From the NCBI GenBank assembly GCA_963810095.1, contig CAWEMM010000015.1, positions 1 to 64,000 of the forward strand: a stretch of 64,000 nt of DNA. The letters run 5' to 3'. Of this stretch, positions 53,504-63,170 are shown piece by piece. The stretch's first letter is position 1, and the number at the start of each line of letters is the position of its first letter. The notes beneath the pieces are model-generated. The model did not search any database and was not told the origin of the DNA. It worked only from the letters and a program-made list of their open reading frames with translations. The translations under genes were made by a program, and so were the position numbers. This DNA comes from an uncultured Chloroflexia bacterium (GTDB lineage: Bacteria > Chloroflexota > Anaerolineae > CG2-30-64-16).

Positions 53504-53795
53504 ATGACTTCAGAGTAGCGTGAAGTTGTCAGGGCGCCTGTGCCTGGGCCCGACCAAGCGGGCGAGCGAGCTGCGGCTTGGTCGGTCGCCGGCCGGTGTT
53601 GAAGGCGCGCTGCGGCACGTGGACCAGGCCACCGGCGCCCAGTGCCAGATCGAGCTTGGCATGCGGTTCGCGAACCACGGCATCCTTGCCGAGGACCGTG
53701 AAGATATGGAGCTTGCGCAACGGCTCTTCGTGGTAGCGGTGTCGCCAGAGGAGAAGGGTGACCGGAGCTGTGACGTGATCGGAGATCACGCATGA
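53504..53795 (+). CDS. Hypothetical protein, first gene of the phage-derived cassette
   Basis: ORF 53520-53795 ends in an ATGA overlap with the next gene; GGAG RBS with ATG at 53504, probably frameshifted. Confidence 0.4.
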
Positions 53796-54495
53796 TGCTG
53801 GCCGAGTTGCGAGCGCTCTTGCGGTTGACGCTGGCCAGCGTCACGGCCTGGCCGGACGCCAAGCTGGACGGCTGGATCGCCCAAGCCATCCAACTCTACT
53901 CGGTCCACTTCCCGCGGCGCTGGCGTCACACACTGGACCTTATCACGGGCCAGCAGGCCTATGACCTGCCCTGCGAGCACGACCTGGTCAAGGTGCTGGG
54001 CGTCGAGTATCCGCTCGGCCGGATCCCGCCCGAGTTCCTGACGCTGGCGCCAACCTGGTCGCCGCTCTTTCGGCGCCGGTGGCGCCGTGTATGCGCTGCA
54101 GGGCTGCCGGACTCTGACAGCGCGCTTCCGGGCGGAAGCGATAGCGGTGTCGGCCAGATCGTGTTTGCCCCGACGGTCAGCACCGGCGAGCAGGCGGTAA
54201 TCGAGTACCTCGGCGCGCATCAGAGCCGGCGATCGGTGAGGATGCCGCGGTCATCACCGTGCCGCGCGCCCACCTGCAGGCCATCATGGCGTTCGTCGAG
54301 TTCGCGCGCACATCACGAGCTGGAAGCGGACGAGGCGGTGATCGTGGAATCGTCCTCCGTGGTCCTGGCGCATTGGGCGAGGAAAGCCGCAAGGCGTGGA
54401 ACCGGTACAAGGAAGTGCTTGGCCGGTTGACGTGGTTGTCGGACGGCGGGCCGCTCGGGTCGTCCGTCGTAGCCTGGGGCGACCTGGGGCTATAG
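53792..54495 (+). CDS. Phage head-tail adaptor-like protein (frameshifted)
   Basis: M.LAELR...W.D..LD.WI..AI..YS...P......L..GQQAYDLP....V..VEYP pattern typical of phage adaptor proteins. Confidence 0.6.
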
Positions 54496-54507
54496 GGAGG
54501 AAGCGCC

Positions 54508-55847
54508 ATGGGCATGTGGCGGCCGAACAAGAGCAAGGGCTGGGGCCAGCAACAGCGAGTCAGAGCCGGTCAACCGGTTCACGCAGATCCTGCGCACGGT
54601 GCCCGAGGTCATGCCGGGCGGCGTGATCCGCTCCGGCAAAACCCGACCCGATGACGACGCGCATACGGGCTTCTGGCTTGGCGTGACGGCGGAGGGCATC
54701 GCGAAGTTCTCCATCGGGGGGCCGAGGGTTGGCTCAAGTGGGACGGCCAGCATCTGCACGTCCGCGGGGCGCTTGAAACCTTCGTCGGGAATGTATTGGC
54801 CGAACTGGCTGGCCTTCTACGGCGCCGACGGCGAGCCGGTCGGCTACATGATGGGGCACGACGCGTGGGGCCACCAGATCGACATCGCGACGCCGCGGCA
54901 GGACGCGACCGGCGATCCCGGCATGATCACGCTGGAGTGCGATGGCGATTTTGATGCCCTGGTCAGGCTGCGGCTCTATACCGAGCGCGGGGCTGGTGGC
55001 GCCGGCGCGTACATCGACATGCAGATTGGGAATGGGAACACCGTTCTCAAGCTCGAAGGGACTGAGGGCAACGCGTCGGATTCGCGGCGTCGTGAACTGT
55101 GCCGATCCTACCGCAGACACGCACGCCGTGACCAGGCGAGCTGGCGATGCCAGATACGCACGTCTCGTTCACGCTCACACCCTGCTCGATCTGCTGCCAA
55201 GCGGCACGCAGACTGGCGACGTTGTGCGGTGGAACGGAACTACTTGGGCGCCTGCGCCTCCTACTACTGCCGGGACGTCGGATAATGGCGCTCTGATCGG
55301 TCTTGGCGACGACGATCATCCGCAATACCTGAACCAGGCGCGAGCCGATAGCCGGTATGCCGATCTAGATCACACGCACGCGCCGGCCGAGATGCAGCGG
55401 GACGGTGCGGAGACCGGGGATGTCCTGACCTGGAATGGGTCGGTGTGGGTCCCGGCCGACACGCCGGGCGTGACGGCGCACAGCGGGCTGTCGGGACTGG
55501 ATGCGGACGACCATGTCCAGTACCTGAACGCAAGCCGGGGCGACGCCCGCTATGCTGGCCTTAGTCACGGGCACACGCTCACAGCGTTACAAGGGGGCGG
55601 CGCTGCGCCTGGCAACACCCTGATTTGGAACGGCTCGGTCTGGGCGCCGGCAACGCCTCCCTCTGGCGTTACCGACCACGGCGCGCTCACTGGGTTAGGA
55701 GACGACGACCATCTCCAGTATCTCACGAACACGCGGGCAGATGCACGCTACCTCCGCTCGTCCGGCGGTTGGTCCGGTACGATCCCTATCGGCGCCGGCA
55801 AGTCGCTCGCAGTGATCAACGGCCAGATCACCAATGCCACCTTCTAG
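54508..55847 (+). CDS. Phage tail fibre-like protein (frameshifted)
   Basis: IRSGKT..GFWLG..KFSIG segment; 3x [GDVL.WNG..W.PA + HG.L.GL.DDDH.QY..R.D.RY] repeats; C-terminal V.NGQIT. Confidence 0.65.
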
Positions 55848-55871
55848 CCTATCCATTCGGGGAGTGGACAC

Positions 55872-56528
55872 GATGCAGGCAGGCGCACTGGATGCGATTC
55901 GAGTTCTGCATATCGGTCCATCCGCACCCGGCCTGCCTGCGCTTGACTGGGTTTCGGAGCTCGGGCAGATCGCCGACGTGCCTGGCGTGCGGCTCGAGCT
56001 GTGCCTCGGCAAGCAGGCTGTCCGGTCGGCAGTTGCCTCGCGGCTGCACGAGGTGCGCGACTGCGTGCTGTGGTCCGGGCACGGTGCGGCTGGCAGGCTG
56101 ATGTTGGCGGACGGGCCGGTCGGGGCCGACTGGCTGGCGTGCATGTTGAAGCAGCAGTCGCCGGCCGTCGTGGTGCTGGCGGCGTGCTTCTCGGGCGCGC
56201 GACCAGGCGCTGCACTCGATGGCCGAGACGATCAGCCAGGCGGGGATTACCTGCATCGGCATGTGGGCCGAGATCCTGGACCCGGCGGCGGTCGTCTACA
56301 ACGTCGAGTTTGTGCGAGCCTATGCGACGGGCGCGCCCGTGCAGGTGGCGCACCGGGTGGCGTTGGAGCAGCTGGCACTGGAGCATCCGAGCCAGGCGGG
56401 GATCGCCTTCCTCCTGCCCGGGCTGATGAACGGGTACGGGCGGGTTACGGAGGAACTGAAGGGGATCCGGCAGAGGCTCGACGTCCTCGAGCAGAAGGTG
56501 GACGCGCTGGGCGATGATCGGCGCGGCC
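55872..56528 (+). CDS. CHAT/caspase-like domain protein with C-terminal coiled coil (frameshifted, 3' end apparently truncated)
   Basis: LPALDWVSEL, VLWSGHG, VVVLAACFS (His/Cys dyad), CIGMWAEI.D.AA, LKGIRQRLDVLEQKVDAL. Confidence 0.6.
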
Positions 56529-56889
56529 TCACGCGGTCGCCAGTTCGTTCAGCCAGCGGACCTGGCCGACCAGGTCCTCGGCCTCGGCCGTGGCAAGGAC
56601 ACGATCAAGCGCATCGATCAGTTCTGAGAGCGTCCAGCGGCGCTGGGCGGCGAGGATGATGCCGCCATGCCGCGGGTAAGCGGCGGCCAGCGCCGTGAAG
56701 TCGCGGATGTTGAACGTGAAGAGGCAGCGGCCCTGAGCGGTCGCTCCAAGCAACTGCTCTTCGTCACGGGCATCGTCAGCCATCCAGCGCACAAGGCGTG
56801 CGCGTGACGTCGTGGCCCCGGTCGAGGAGCGCCTGCTGGAGCGAACGGATCGAGGTGTCCGCGTCGAGGTGCAGCTTGAGCTTCGACAC
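56529..56889 (-). CDS. DUF5615 PIN-like toxin (frameshifted)
   Basis: KLKLHLDAD, GHDVTR, DEEQL..AT..GR.LFTFN.RDF, HGGIIL. Confidence 0.85.
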
Positions 56890-56891
56890 GG

Positions 56892-57302
56892 TCAGGACTC
56901 GGATTCCATGAACCCTGGTTCGAGCGCTTCCTCTGCAGTCAGCGATGCGTCAATCTCAGTCCGATGCGCGCCGTAGAACGCAAGCGCCTCGCGGATGGCA
57001 CTCTCGGGCTGGCCATACTCTTCGGCGAGCCGTGCCGGCGGCAAATCCCACTGCTGCAGAGCCGCCACGATGGTCTGCACGCGCAGGCCGGTGCCGCGCA
57101 GAACAGGCTCAGGGCTGCCGGCGGCGCCACGGCGGTAGGTGATCTGCGGATAAGCCGGGTCGTCGAGCTGCTGCTTCAAGCTGCCGACCTTCTCCGAGAC
57201 GGCCCATAGAATGAACTGATTCAGCGAGACGCCCTGCTCGGTGGCGAGCTGCTCGGCATCGCGCTTTAGCTGATTTGGCAGGTTCAGTGCATATCGGCCC
57301 AT
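56892..57302 (-). CDS. DUF433 antitoxin with N-terminal RHH
   Basis: LNLP..LK..AE.LA..QGVSLNQFI, PVLRGTGLRVQTIV, IREALAFY. Confidence 0.85.
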   Translation of the reverse strand: MGRYALNLPNQLKRDAEQLATEQGVSLNQFILWAVSEKVGSLKQQLDDPAYPQITYRRGAAGSPEPVLRGTGLRVQTIVAALQQWDLPPARLAEEYGQPESAIREALAFYGAHRTEIDASLTAEEALEPGFMESES

Positions 57303-57519
57303 CGTGATACCCCTCTCACTACTATATCTCCTGCCACATCATATTCGACATCGTCGCCATTCTGTCAATCAATCGCTTCAATCGGATCGAAGTCCAACCA
57401 GCAGGGCTTCTGATAGCGCCTTGATCAGCCCGTGATCCTTGACAAGTAGCACGAATGCGCGGAGAATCCCTAGTGATAATCCCGGTTGACCCAAGTTATC
57501 CTTTCCAGGGAGTAGCATC

Positions 57520-58502
57520 GTGGCCACCGCTCTCTCGACTCCCGTCGTCTTCTCCGACTCGCTCGCGCGCATCGCTCAGGAGCTTGCTCGCGATCCTCGT
57601 CTGAAATCCCCGAACACGCGCCGTGGCTATCTGACGGACCTGGCGCAATTCGAAACCTGGCGCGCCGGCCGCCCCATGACGAAGGTGCTCGTCGAAGGCT
57701 ACGCCGCCGAGCTCGAGCAGGCTGGCCGATCCCCGACCACGATCAATCGCAAGCTCGCCGCCGTGCGCTGGTGGGCACGTCGGCTTGCTGACCTGGCCGA
57801 AGATGATCTCGCCATGCCGTCCGAACTCAAACGGGAAATCGTCAAGCAGGCAACCCGCGTCGCTGCGGTAGGGGACGTGCGCGGTCAACGCGCGCCGAAG
57901 GGCCGGCATCTGGCGGCCGGCGAGCTAATGGCGCTGCTGGAAGTCTGCGTGCGGGAGGGCAGTCCGGGCGGCGTTCGGGATGCCGCCGTATCGCGCGTTG
58001 GCTTGGGCGACGGGGCTGCGAAGGAGCGAGCTGGCGGGGTTGCGGCGCGAGGATTTCCTGCAGACCGGCGCCGAAGAGGGTGACCTTACTGTCCGCGGCA
58101 AGGGTGAAAAGGTCCGCGTCGTCTACCTTTATGACGGCGCAGCGGCTTATCTGCTGGACTGGCTAAAGGTGCGAGGGCCGGGCGAGGGACCGATGTTTCT
58201 GGCGGTGAATAAAGGCGGTGGGATCTGGTCTGATCACGGGGTTAGCGACGAAGCCCTAGCCCAGATGTTGGAGAAGACGGCGCTTACAGGCGGGGTTAAG
58301 GCGGTTGACGTGGCACGACTTCCGGAGGACGTTTGCGGGGAACCTGTTGGACAACGGAAACGATCTGGTCACGGTGCAAAAGCTGATGGGCCACGCGAGC
58401 CCAACGACGACGGCGGCGTATGACCGGCGCGGAGAAGAGGTCAAGCGGCGCGCAAGCAGGAGCTTGCACGTGCCGCACCTCGCTCTTCACGGCTCGGTTT
58501 AG
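57520..58502 (+). CDS. Tyrosine recombinase/integrase (frameshifted)
   Basis: [45 protein letters not shown]. Confidence 0.92.
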
Positions 58503-58661
58503 CGGTCCCGCCGAGCAACTCGCGAACGCGTGGAAACCTTGACGAGGCCATTCAAAGTACACGTATAACTCTGTGCGTCAGATCATCGAAACGGTCAACG
58601 ACCAACCAGCCGAGCAGTTACACGTTGAAAGCAAAGCTACCCTTACAGGGGAGGGACGGCA

Positions 58662-59431
58662 ATGGAACTGACTGATATCAGCAGAAACGATACCCGCTGG
58701 AGGGACATCTACGATTTCCTCGCGGCGTGCGGGAAGGCCCAGAGTCCCAGGAGTCTGGTCGTTGAGATGTTCAACAATCTGGGACCTCTGTGTCCGTATG
58801 ACCAAGCCCTGGCCTATTTCTTTGACGGCAACGGCAAGGTCTGCGGCCAGCATCTCATCAACATCAGTGAGAGCTGGAGTTCCGCCTATCTGGGCTACTA
58901 TGCCGAAGCAGGCAGTCAGAAATACAGCTGTTATGCAGATCAAGGCGATGAAAGGTTTGCCATCGCCCCGAACGTGCTCGACTGGGACAGTGCGCCATCG
59001 GATGAGTTCATTCTCAACTACATCCGCCCTCGAGGTCTCAAATACTCCTGCGGCTTTGCCCTCTTCGACCTGAACGGTCGTTACAGGACCATGATCGCCC
59101 TGGACCGGGTGAGAAAAAGGGCCTTCAGCGATGATGAACTCACTAGCCTGAGGCTGGTAATTCCGCGGCTCAACGATCTGCACAAGAACTTCTTCTACCA
59201 GGGGTTCAGTTCGAACGCGATCAAGCGCGCCACCACGGAGACCCGCGCCTGACCGACAGGGAGATCGAGATTGTCGACCTGCTGTGCCGCGGCCTCTCGC
59301 CTGCCAGCATCGGCCAGGTCCTGCAAATCACCTCGTCTACCACCTACCGGCACATCGCCAACATCTACAAAAAGCTGGACGTTTCCAGCCAGCGCGACCT
59401 GCTGGCGCGCCTGTATCACACGGAAAGCTGA
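58662..59431 (+). CDS. LuxR-family regulator (GAF-like N-terminus; frameshift near 59250)
   Basis: C-terminal LTDREIEIVDLLCRGLSPASIGQVLQITSSTTYRHIANIYKKLDV in the second frame. Confidence 0.88.
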
Positions 59432-59456
59432 ACTCCCCCTCGCGCAACCTCCCGCG

Positions 59457-59524
59457 TACATAGAATTGTGTAGGAAAGTTGCACAATCTGTGCAATTACC
59501 CTCCGGCCTTCCACTTGGCATAAT
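59457..59524 (+). promoter_or_regulatory. Two palindromic boxes plus extended -10 upstream of the SDR operon
   Basis: TACATA-N4-TGTGTA and TTGCACA-N3-TGTGCAA, then TGgCATAAT. Confidence 0.55.
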
Positions 59525-59614
59525 GCCACTGACAGCCTGACGATCATGTGAAGGCTGCACCTTACAGGGGCGCCAACCCCTCTTATCACCCTAATGTGAA
59601 GGAAAGAGCAAAAG

Positions 59615-60514
59615 GTGGATAAAGAGACTCTCTTCTACCTGTCCGCCGACGGGCTGGAGGACGTCGAGCCCATCGGCCGCGTCTTCGACCTGCACGGCAA
59701 GGTGGCCGTGGTCACGGGCACCGTGGGCCTGGCCCTGTTCGTCATCAACCGGCTGGCCGAGTGCGGGGCCAGGGTCGTATTCGGCGGGCGCACCGAGGAA
59801 TGGGGCAGCCTGACCGAGGCAACCCTCATGGAGAAGGGTTACGAGGTGGCCTACAAGCAGACCGACGTGCGAAGACGGGCGGACTGCCAGGCCCTCGTCG
59901 CCTTCGCCGAGGAAAAGTACGGGGCCGTGGACATCGTCGTCCCCGTGGCTGCCGTGTGGGGCCCCCGGGCCTTCGTGGACGTGAACGAGGACGAGTGGGA
60001 CGAGATCCTGGACACCGATCTCAAGGGCCAGTACTTCACCATCCAGGCCGCGGCCCGCAGCATGATCAGGGGCGGCAAGGGCGGCAAGGTGGTCACCATC
60101 GCCTCTGTGGCCTATCGTGGCGACGACATGCGCAAGATGGCCATGATGACGCCCTATAACGCGGCCAAGGCCGGCGTCACCGGCATGACCAAGGGCGTTG
60201 CCAAAGAGCTCAAACAATACGGCATCAACGTCAACTGCGTGGCCCCCGGCGGCATGGTCACGCCGGGCGCCATCATGAACAGCGCCAGGACCTCCGCGCT
60301 CTATGGCCCGGCGTGGGACGCCGCGGTCAAGACCGCCACGATGGGCACGCCCGTCGCGGAGTCGCCCGACCAGGTCGCCCTGATGGTCCTCGCCCTGTGC
60401 ACCGGCGTGTCTGACTTCATGTACGGCCAGATCATCGAGGTGGACGGTGGCAGCGAATTCTCATTCCAGGAGCAGCCCTGGAGCTACACGCTGCAGAGCG
60501 CCCAGCCTGCTTAG
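59615..60514 (+). CDS. SDR family oxidoreductase
   Basis: FDLHGKVAVVTG, VVTIAS, YNAAK, VNCVAPGG, VDGG. Confidence 0.9.
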   Translation: MDKETLFYLSADGLEDVEPIGRVFDLHGKVAVVTGTVGLALFVINRLAECGARVVFGGRTEEWGSLTEATLMEKGYEVAYKQTDVRRRADCQALVAFAEEKYGAVDIVVPVAAVWGPRAFVDVNEDEWDEILDTDLKGQYFTIQAAARSMIRGGKGGKVVTIASVAYRGDDMRKMAMMTPYNAAKAGVTGMTKGVAKELKQYGINVNCVAPGGMVTPGAIMNSARTSALYGPAWDAAVKTATMGTPVAESPDQVALMVLALCTGVSDFMYGQIIEVDGGSEFSFQEQPWSYTLQSAQPA

Positions 60515-60577
60515 TGGCTGGACCCATCACCGGAACAGGTAATGCAGACGTAATCACTCTACAGAAGGAGCATAACC

Positions 60578-60793
60578 ATGGCCATCAATTCCAAGAGCAA
60601 ACTGAAAGAAGTCCTTGCCGATCCCCGCGCTGCGGCGATCATCGAGGAGTACAAGCCCGGCTTCGCAAGTGACCCTCAACTTGGCCCCGTCATGGGAATG
60701 CGTATGAATCTCCTGCTCAAGTTTCCCCAGACGGGTTTCTCCGAAGACCAAATCAGGGATATCACCGACAGGCTCGACGCGCTGGATGCCTGA
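60578..60793 (+). CDS. Small hypothetical protein
   Basis: AGGAG RBS; INSKSKLKEVLADPRAAAIIEEYKPG..DPQL...GM. Confidence 0.7.
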   Translation: MAINSKSKLKEVLADPRAAAIIEEYKPGFASDPQLGPVMGMRMNLLLKFPQTGFSEDQIRDITDRLDALDA

Positions 60794-60856
60794 GCGAGAT
60801 CCAATCTCAAGTCTGCGTCAGAAACCTGATGCAGACTTGAAAAAGGAGTAGACTTC

Positions 60857-61696
60857 GTGAAGAAAGTCAGTGCGATAACCGGCGGCGCAGGCGGCATAGG
60901 TCGTGCCACCGCCATCGAGCTTGGCAAGCAGGGCCCGGAGGTCATCGGCGACCTACTGCAGGCGAATATCGACTATACCGAGAAAATACTCACCTCCCTC
61001 AATATCGAGCACTACAGTATGGTTATGGACGTTCGGGACCGGAAAAGGTGCGATGAGTTCGCCACCTTTGCCACTCAGTACGGCCCGATCTCCAACTTCA
61101 TCAATATCGCAGGTGTCGGCCCCAACACTACCTATACCGAAGCGGAGTTGTCCACCTGCCGCGAAACCTATCACACCAACTGTGTTGGCGCGCTGAACAC
61201 CGTCGAAGCCTTCTTCCCCTACATGGGCGATGGCAGTGTCATGATCCAGACCGCATCGCAGGCATCCTATCATGTTCACATGGATGACAATGCGTGGAAG
61301 ATATACATGAGCTGCTATGAGGATGGCTTCCTTGACAGGCTGTGCACCCTGACGGAAATGTACGATGAGTACGAGGGTAACGGGCAGGCCTACTGTTTCA
61401 GCAAGCGCTTCGTCCTTGAGCACTGCAAGGCAAGCGCGTGGCGCTTTGCCGCAAAGGGCGCTCGTATCGTCACCGTTTCTCCTGGGATGCACTGGACCTG
61501 CCATGTGTGGGATTTAGACGAAGATACCCGCGAGGGCAACCTTGGAATTACTCCGCTGCAGCGCTATGGCCGCACCTCCGATTTGGGCTGCGTGTATGCC
61601 TTCTTGTGTGCAGATACCGCGAGGTACATCACGGGTGCCGACATCCTGGTTGACGGCGGCGGCATAACCACCTTCGGTAAGTGGAAAATAAAGTGA
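60857..61696 (+). CDS. SDR family oxidoreductase
   Basis: TGGAGGIG, NIAGV, YCFSK, VSPG, YITGADILVDGG. Confidence 0.92.
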   Translation: MKKVSAITGGAGGIGRATAIELGKQGPEVIGDLLQANIDYTEKILTSLNIEHYSMVMDVRDRKRCDEFATFATQYGPISNFINIAGVGPNTTYTEAELSTCRETYHTNCVGALNTVEAFFPYMGDGSVMIQTASQASYHVHMDDNAWKIYMSCYEDGFLDRLCTLTEMYDEYEGNGQAYCFSKRFVLEHCKASAWRFAAKGARIVTVSPGMHWTCHVWDLDEDTREGNLGITPLQRYGRTSDLGCVYAFLCADTARYITGADILVDGGGITTFGKWKIK

Positions 61697-62142
61697 ATCC
61701 GCAAGCCAATATCGCTGAAATGGGGGAAGAGGACGCGATACCCGACCAGATCCTGGAGGCCAACGATATCGACGTCCCACAAGCGTTAGTCGATGAAGAA
61801 GTCAGGATGATGGTCCTCGACCTGAATCACAGGATGAAATACGAGGGCCTGGCGACTGGCGCCTACATCAGCCTGAATGAGGACGAAAAGGCCGAGCGCC
61901 TGGAAACCTTCAGAAAAGCAGCCTTCAAGTTAGTGAAAACTAGGCTGGTGCTCAGGAGGATCATCGAAGCAGAGAAGCTCGATGTGACCGAACAGGAGTT
62001 GGAAGAAGAAGTGATCGCGTTGTCACAGCGCCAGCAAATGCCGGCCGAGATGGTGAAGGCTTTTCTTGGCGAGGATCTCACGGCGCTCAGGGAAGATCTG
62101 CTGGTAAGAAAAGCGATCGCTCAAATGAATGCCAACGCCTAA
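61693..62142 (+). CDS. Stand-alone trigger factor C-terminal (chaperone) domain
   Basis: ILEANDIDVPQALVDEEV...A.K.VK..LVL..I.EAEKLDVTE.E; no ribosome-binding or PPIase domain. Confidence 0.75.
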   Translation: MNPQANIAEMGEEDAIPDQILEANDIDVPQALVDEEVRMMVLDLNHRMKYEGLATGAYISLNEDEKAERLETFRKAAFKLVKTRLVLRRIIEAEKLDVTEQELEEEVIALSQRQQMPAEMVKAFLGEDLTALREDLLVRKAIAQMNANA

Positions 62143-62164
62143 GTTGGCCGAAGGAGAAGAAATC

Positions 62165-63043
62165 ATGGCAGAGATCAAATCGGAAGACAAGAATGTCAAG
62201 GGCTCCTTGATGGTGAAGGGCCGCAAGTCCATCGCCTATCTGCAGAAGCTCAAGGACGAGGGCACCCCGATCGTCCAGATGTGTCCCGCGATCAGGGATC
62301 AGTTCTGGGTCATGGCCGCTGAGATGGCCGGCTGTGACGTCTGCCGGCTGACCGTTCCCGGCGACGGCACTGCGAATATGGAATGGCAAAGCCATCTCGC
62401 CGAATGGTGGATCCGCATCGTCCGCAACGCCGCGAAGCTGATCCACATCAACTTCTACATGGATACGACGACCTACGCCTCGAAGGAAAAGGCCGTGGCG
62501 ACTGGCGCCGCCTACATGTATGCCGGCGCGGATTCCCTGCTACCCATGGGTGTGACCAACGAAACTCTGAAGTACATGGCTGATAACTGGTTGGTCGTGT
62601 TCGGCCATGTGGGCGCACTGTCCGGCTGGCAGACGTCCGCCCAGGGCGGCTACAAGCGCCTGGGCAAGACCGCCGAGGACGCCATGAAGGTCTTCCGCAT
62701 GGCGTATGAGTATCAAGAGAACGGCATGCAGGCGATGACCATCGAGCTGACCCCGATCGAGGTTACCAACGCCATCGCCAAGAAGCTGCGCGTGCCCGTC
62801 ATCTCCATCGCGGCCGGCGGCGCCGCCGATGGCTGCGAGATGGTCGACCTCGACACGTTCAACATGATGCCCAACCCGACCTCTCACGCCAAGTCTTATG
62901 CTGACTTCTTCCCGTGGGCCGTTGAAGCCTATGCTGATTGGGCAGAAGATGTTCGCAGCGGCGCCTACCCCGAGGACAAGCACGGCTACCACATGGACGA
63001 GGCGGAGTGCGAGAAGTTCCTCGACGCGATCGAGAAGTTCTAA
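62165..63043 (+). CDS. Divergent PanB (ketopantoate hydroxymethyltransferase)-family protein
   Basis: LQKLKDEG.PI, GHVG, GGYKRLGKT, IELTP, PVISIAAG..ADG, EDVRSGAYP. Confidence 0.75.
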   Translation: MAEIKSEDKNVKGSLMVKGRKSIAYLQKLKDEGTPIVQMCPAIRDQFWVMAAEMAGCDVCRLTVPGDGTANMEWQSHLAEWWIRIVRNAAKLIHINFYMDTTTYASKEKAVATGAAYMYAGADSLLPMGVTNETLKYMADNWLVVFGHVGALSGWQTSAQGGYKRLGKTAEDAMKVFRMAYEYQENGMQAMTIELTPIEVTNAIAKKLRVPVISIAAGGAADGCEMVDLDTFNMMPNPTSHAKSYADFFPWAVEAYADWAEDVRSGAYPEDKHGYHMDEAECEKFLDAIEKF

Positions 63044-63170
63044 GCCCGGCCTCTGGCGGGACTTCTGCTACAATCACCCGAATAGCTTCTAAGATCCGCG
63101 AGAGCCTGCTGCAGCTTCTTGTTCTGCAGCAGGCCCTCTTTGGTTGTGAGGGGGGACTGGAGAAGGTGTC

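Larger units (their letters stand above)
53504..58502. mobile_element. Degenerate prophage / phage-derived element
   Basis: Adaptor, tail fibre, toxin-antitoxin pair and integrase are clustered; no capsid, terminase or att sites seen. Confidence 0.5.

Noticed and set aside
53122-58660. attL/attR pair flanking the phage-derived cassette
   Set aside because: Only an 8-bp match (CACGTTGA) was seen and no tRNA target; not significant.
3357-59431. Frequent frameshifts as programmed frameshifting, phase variation or mass pseudogenisation
   Set aside because: They are scattered single-base indels in otherwise well-conserved genes with no shared slippery motif, which is most consistent with long-read assembly error. 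Reads are needed to be sure.
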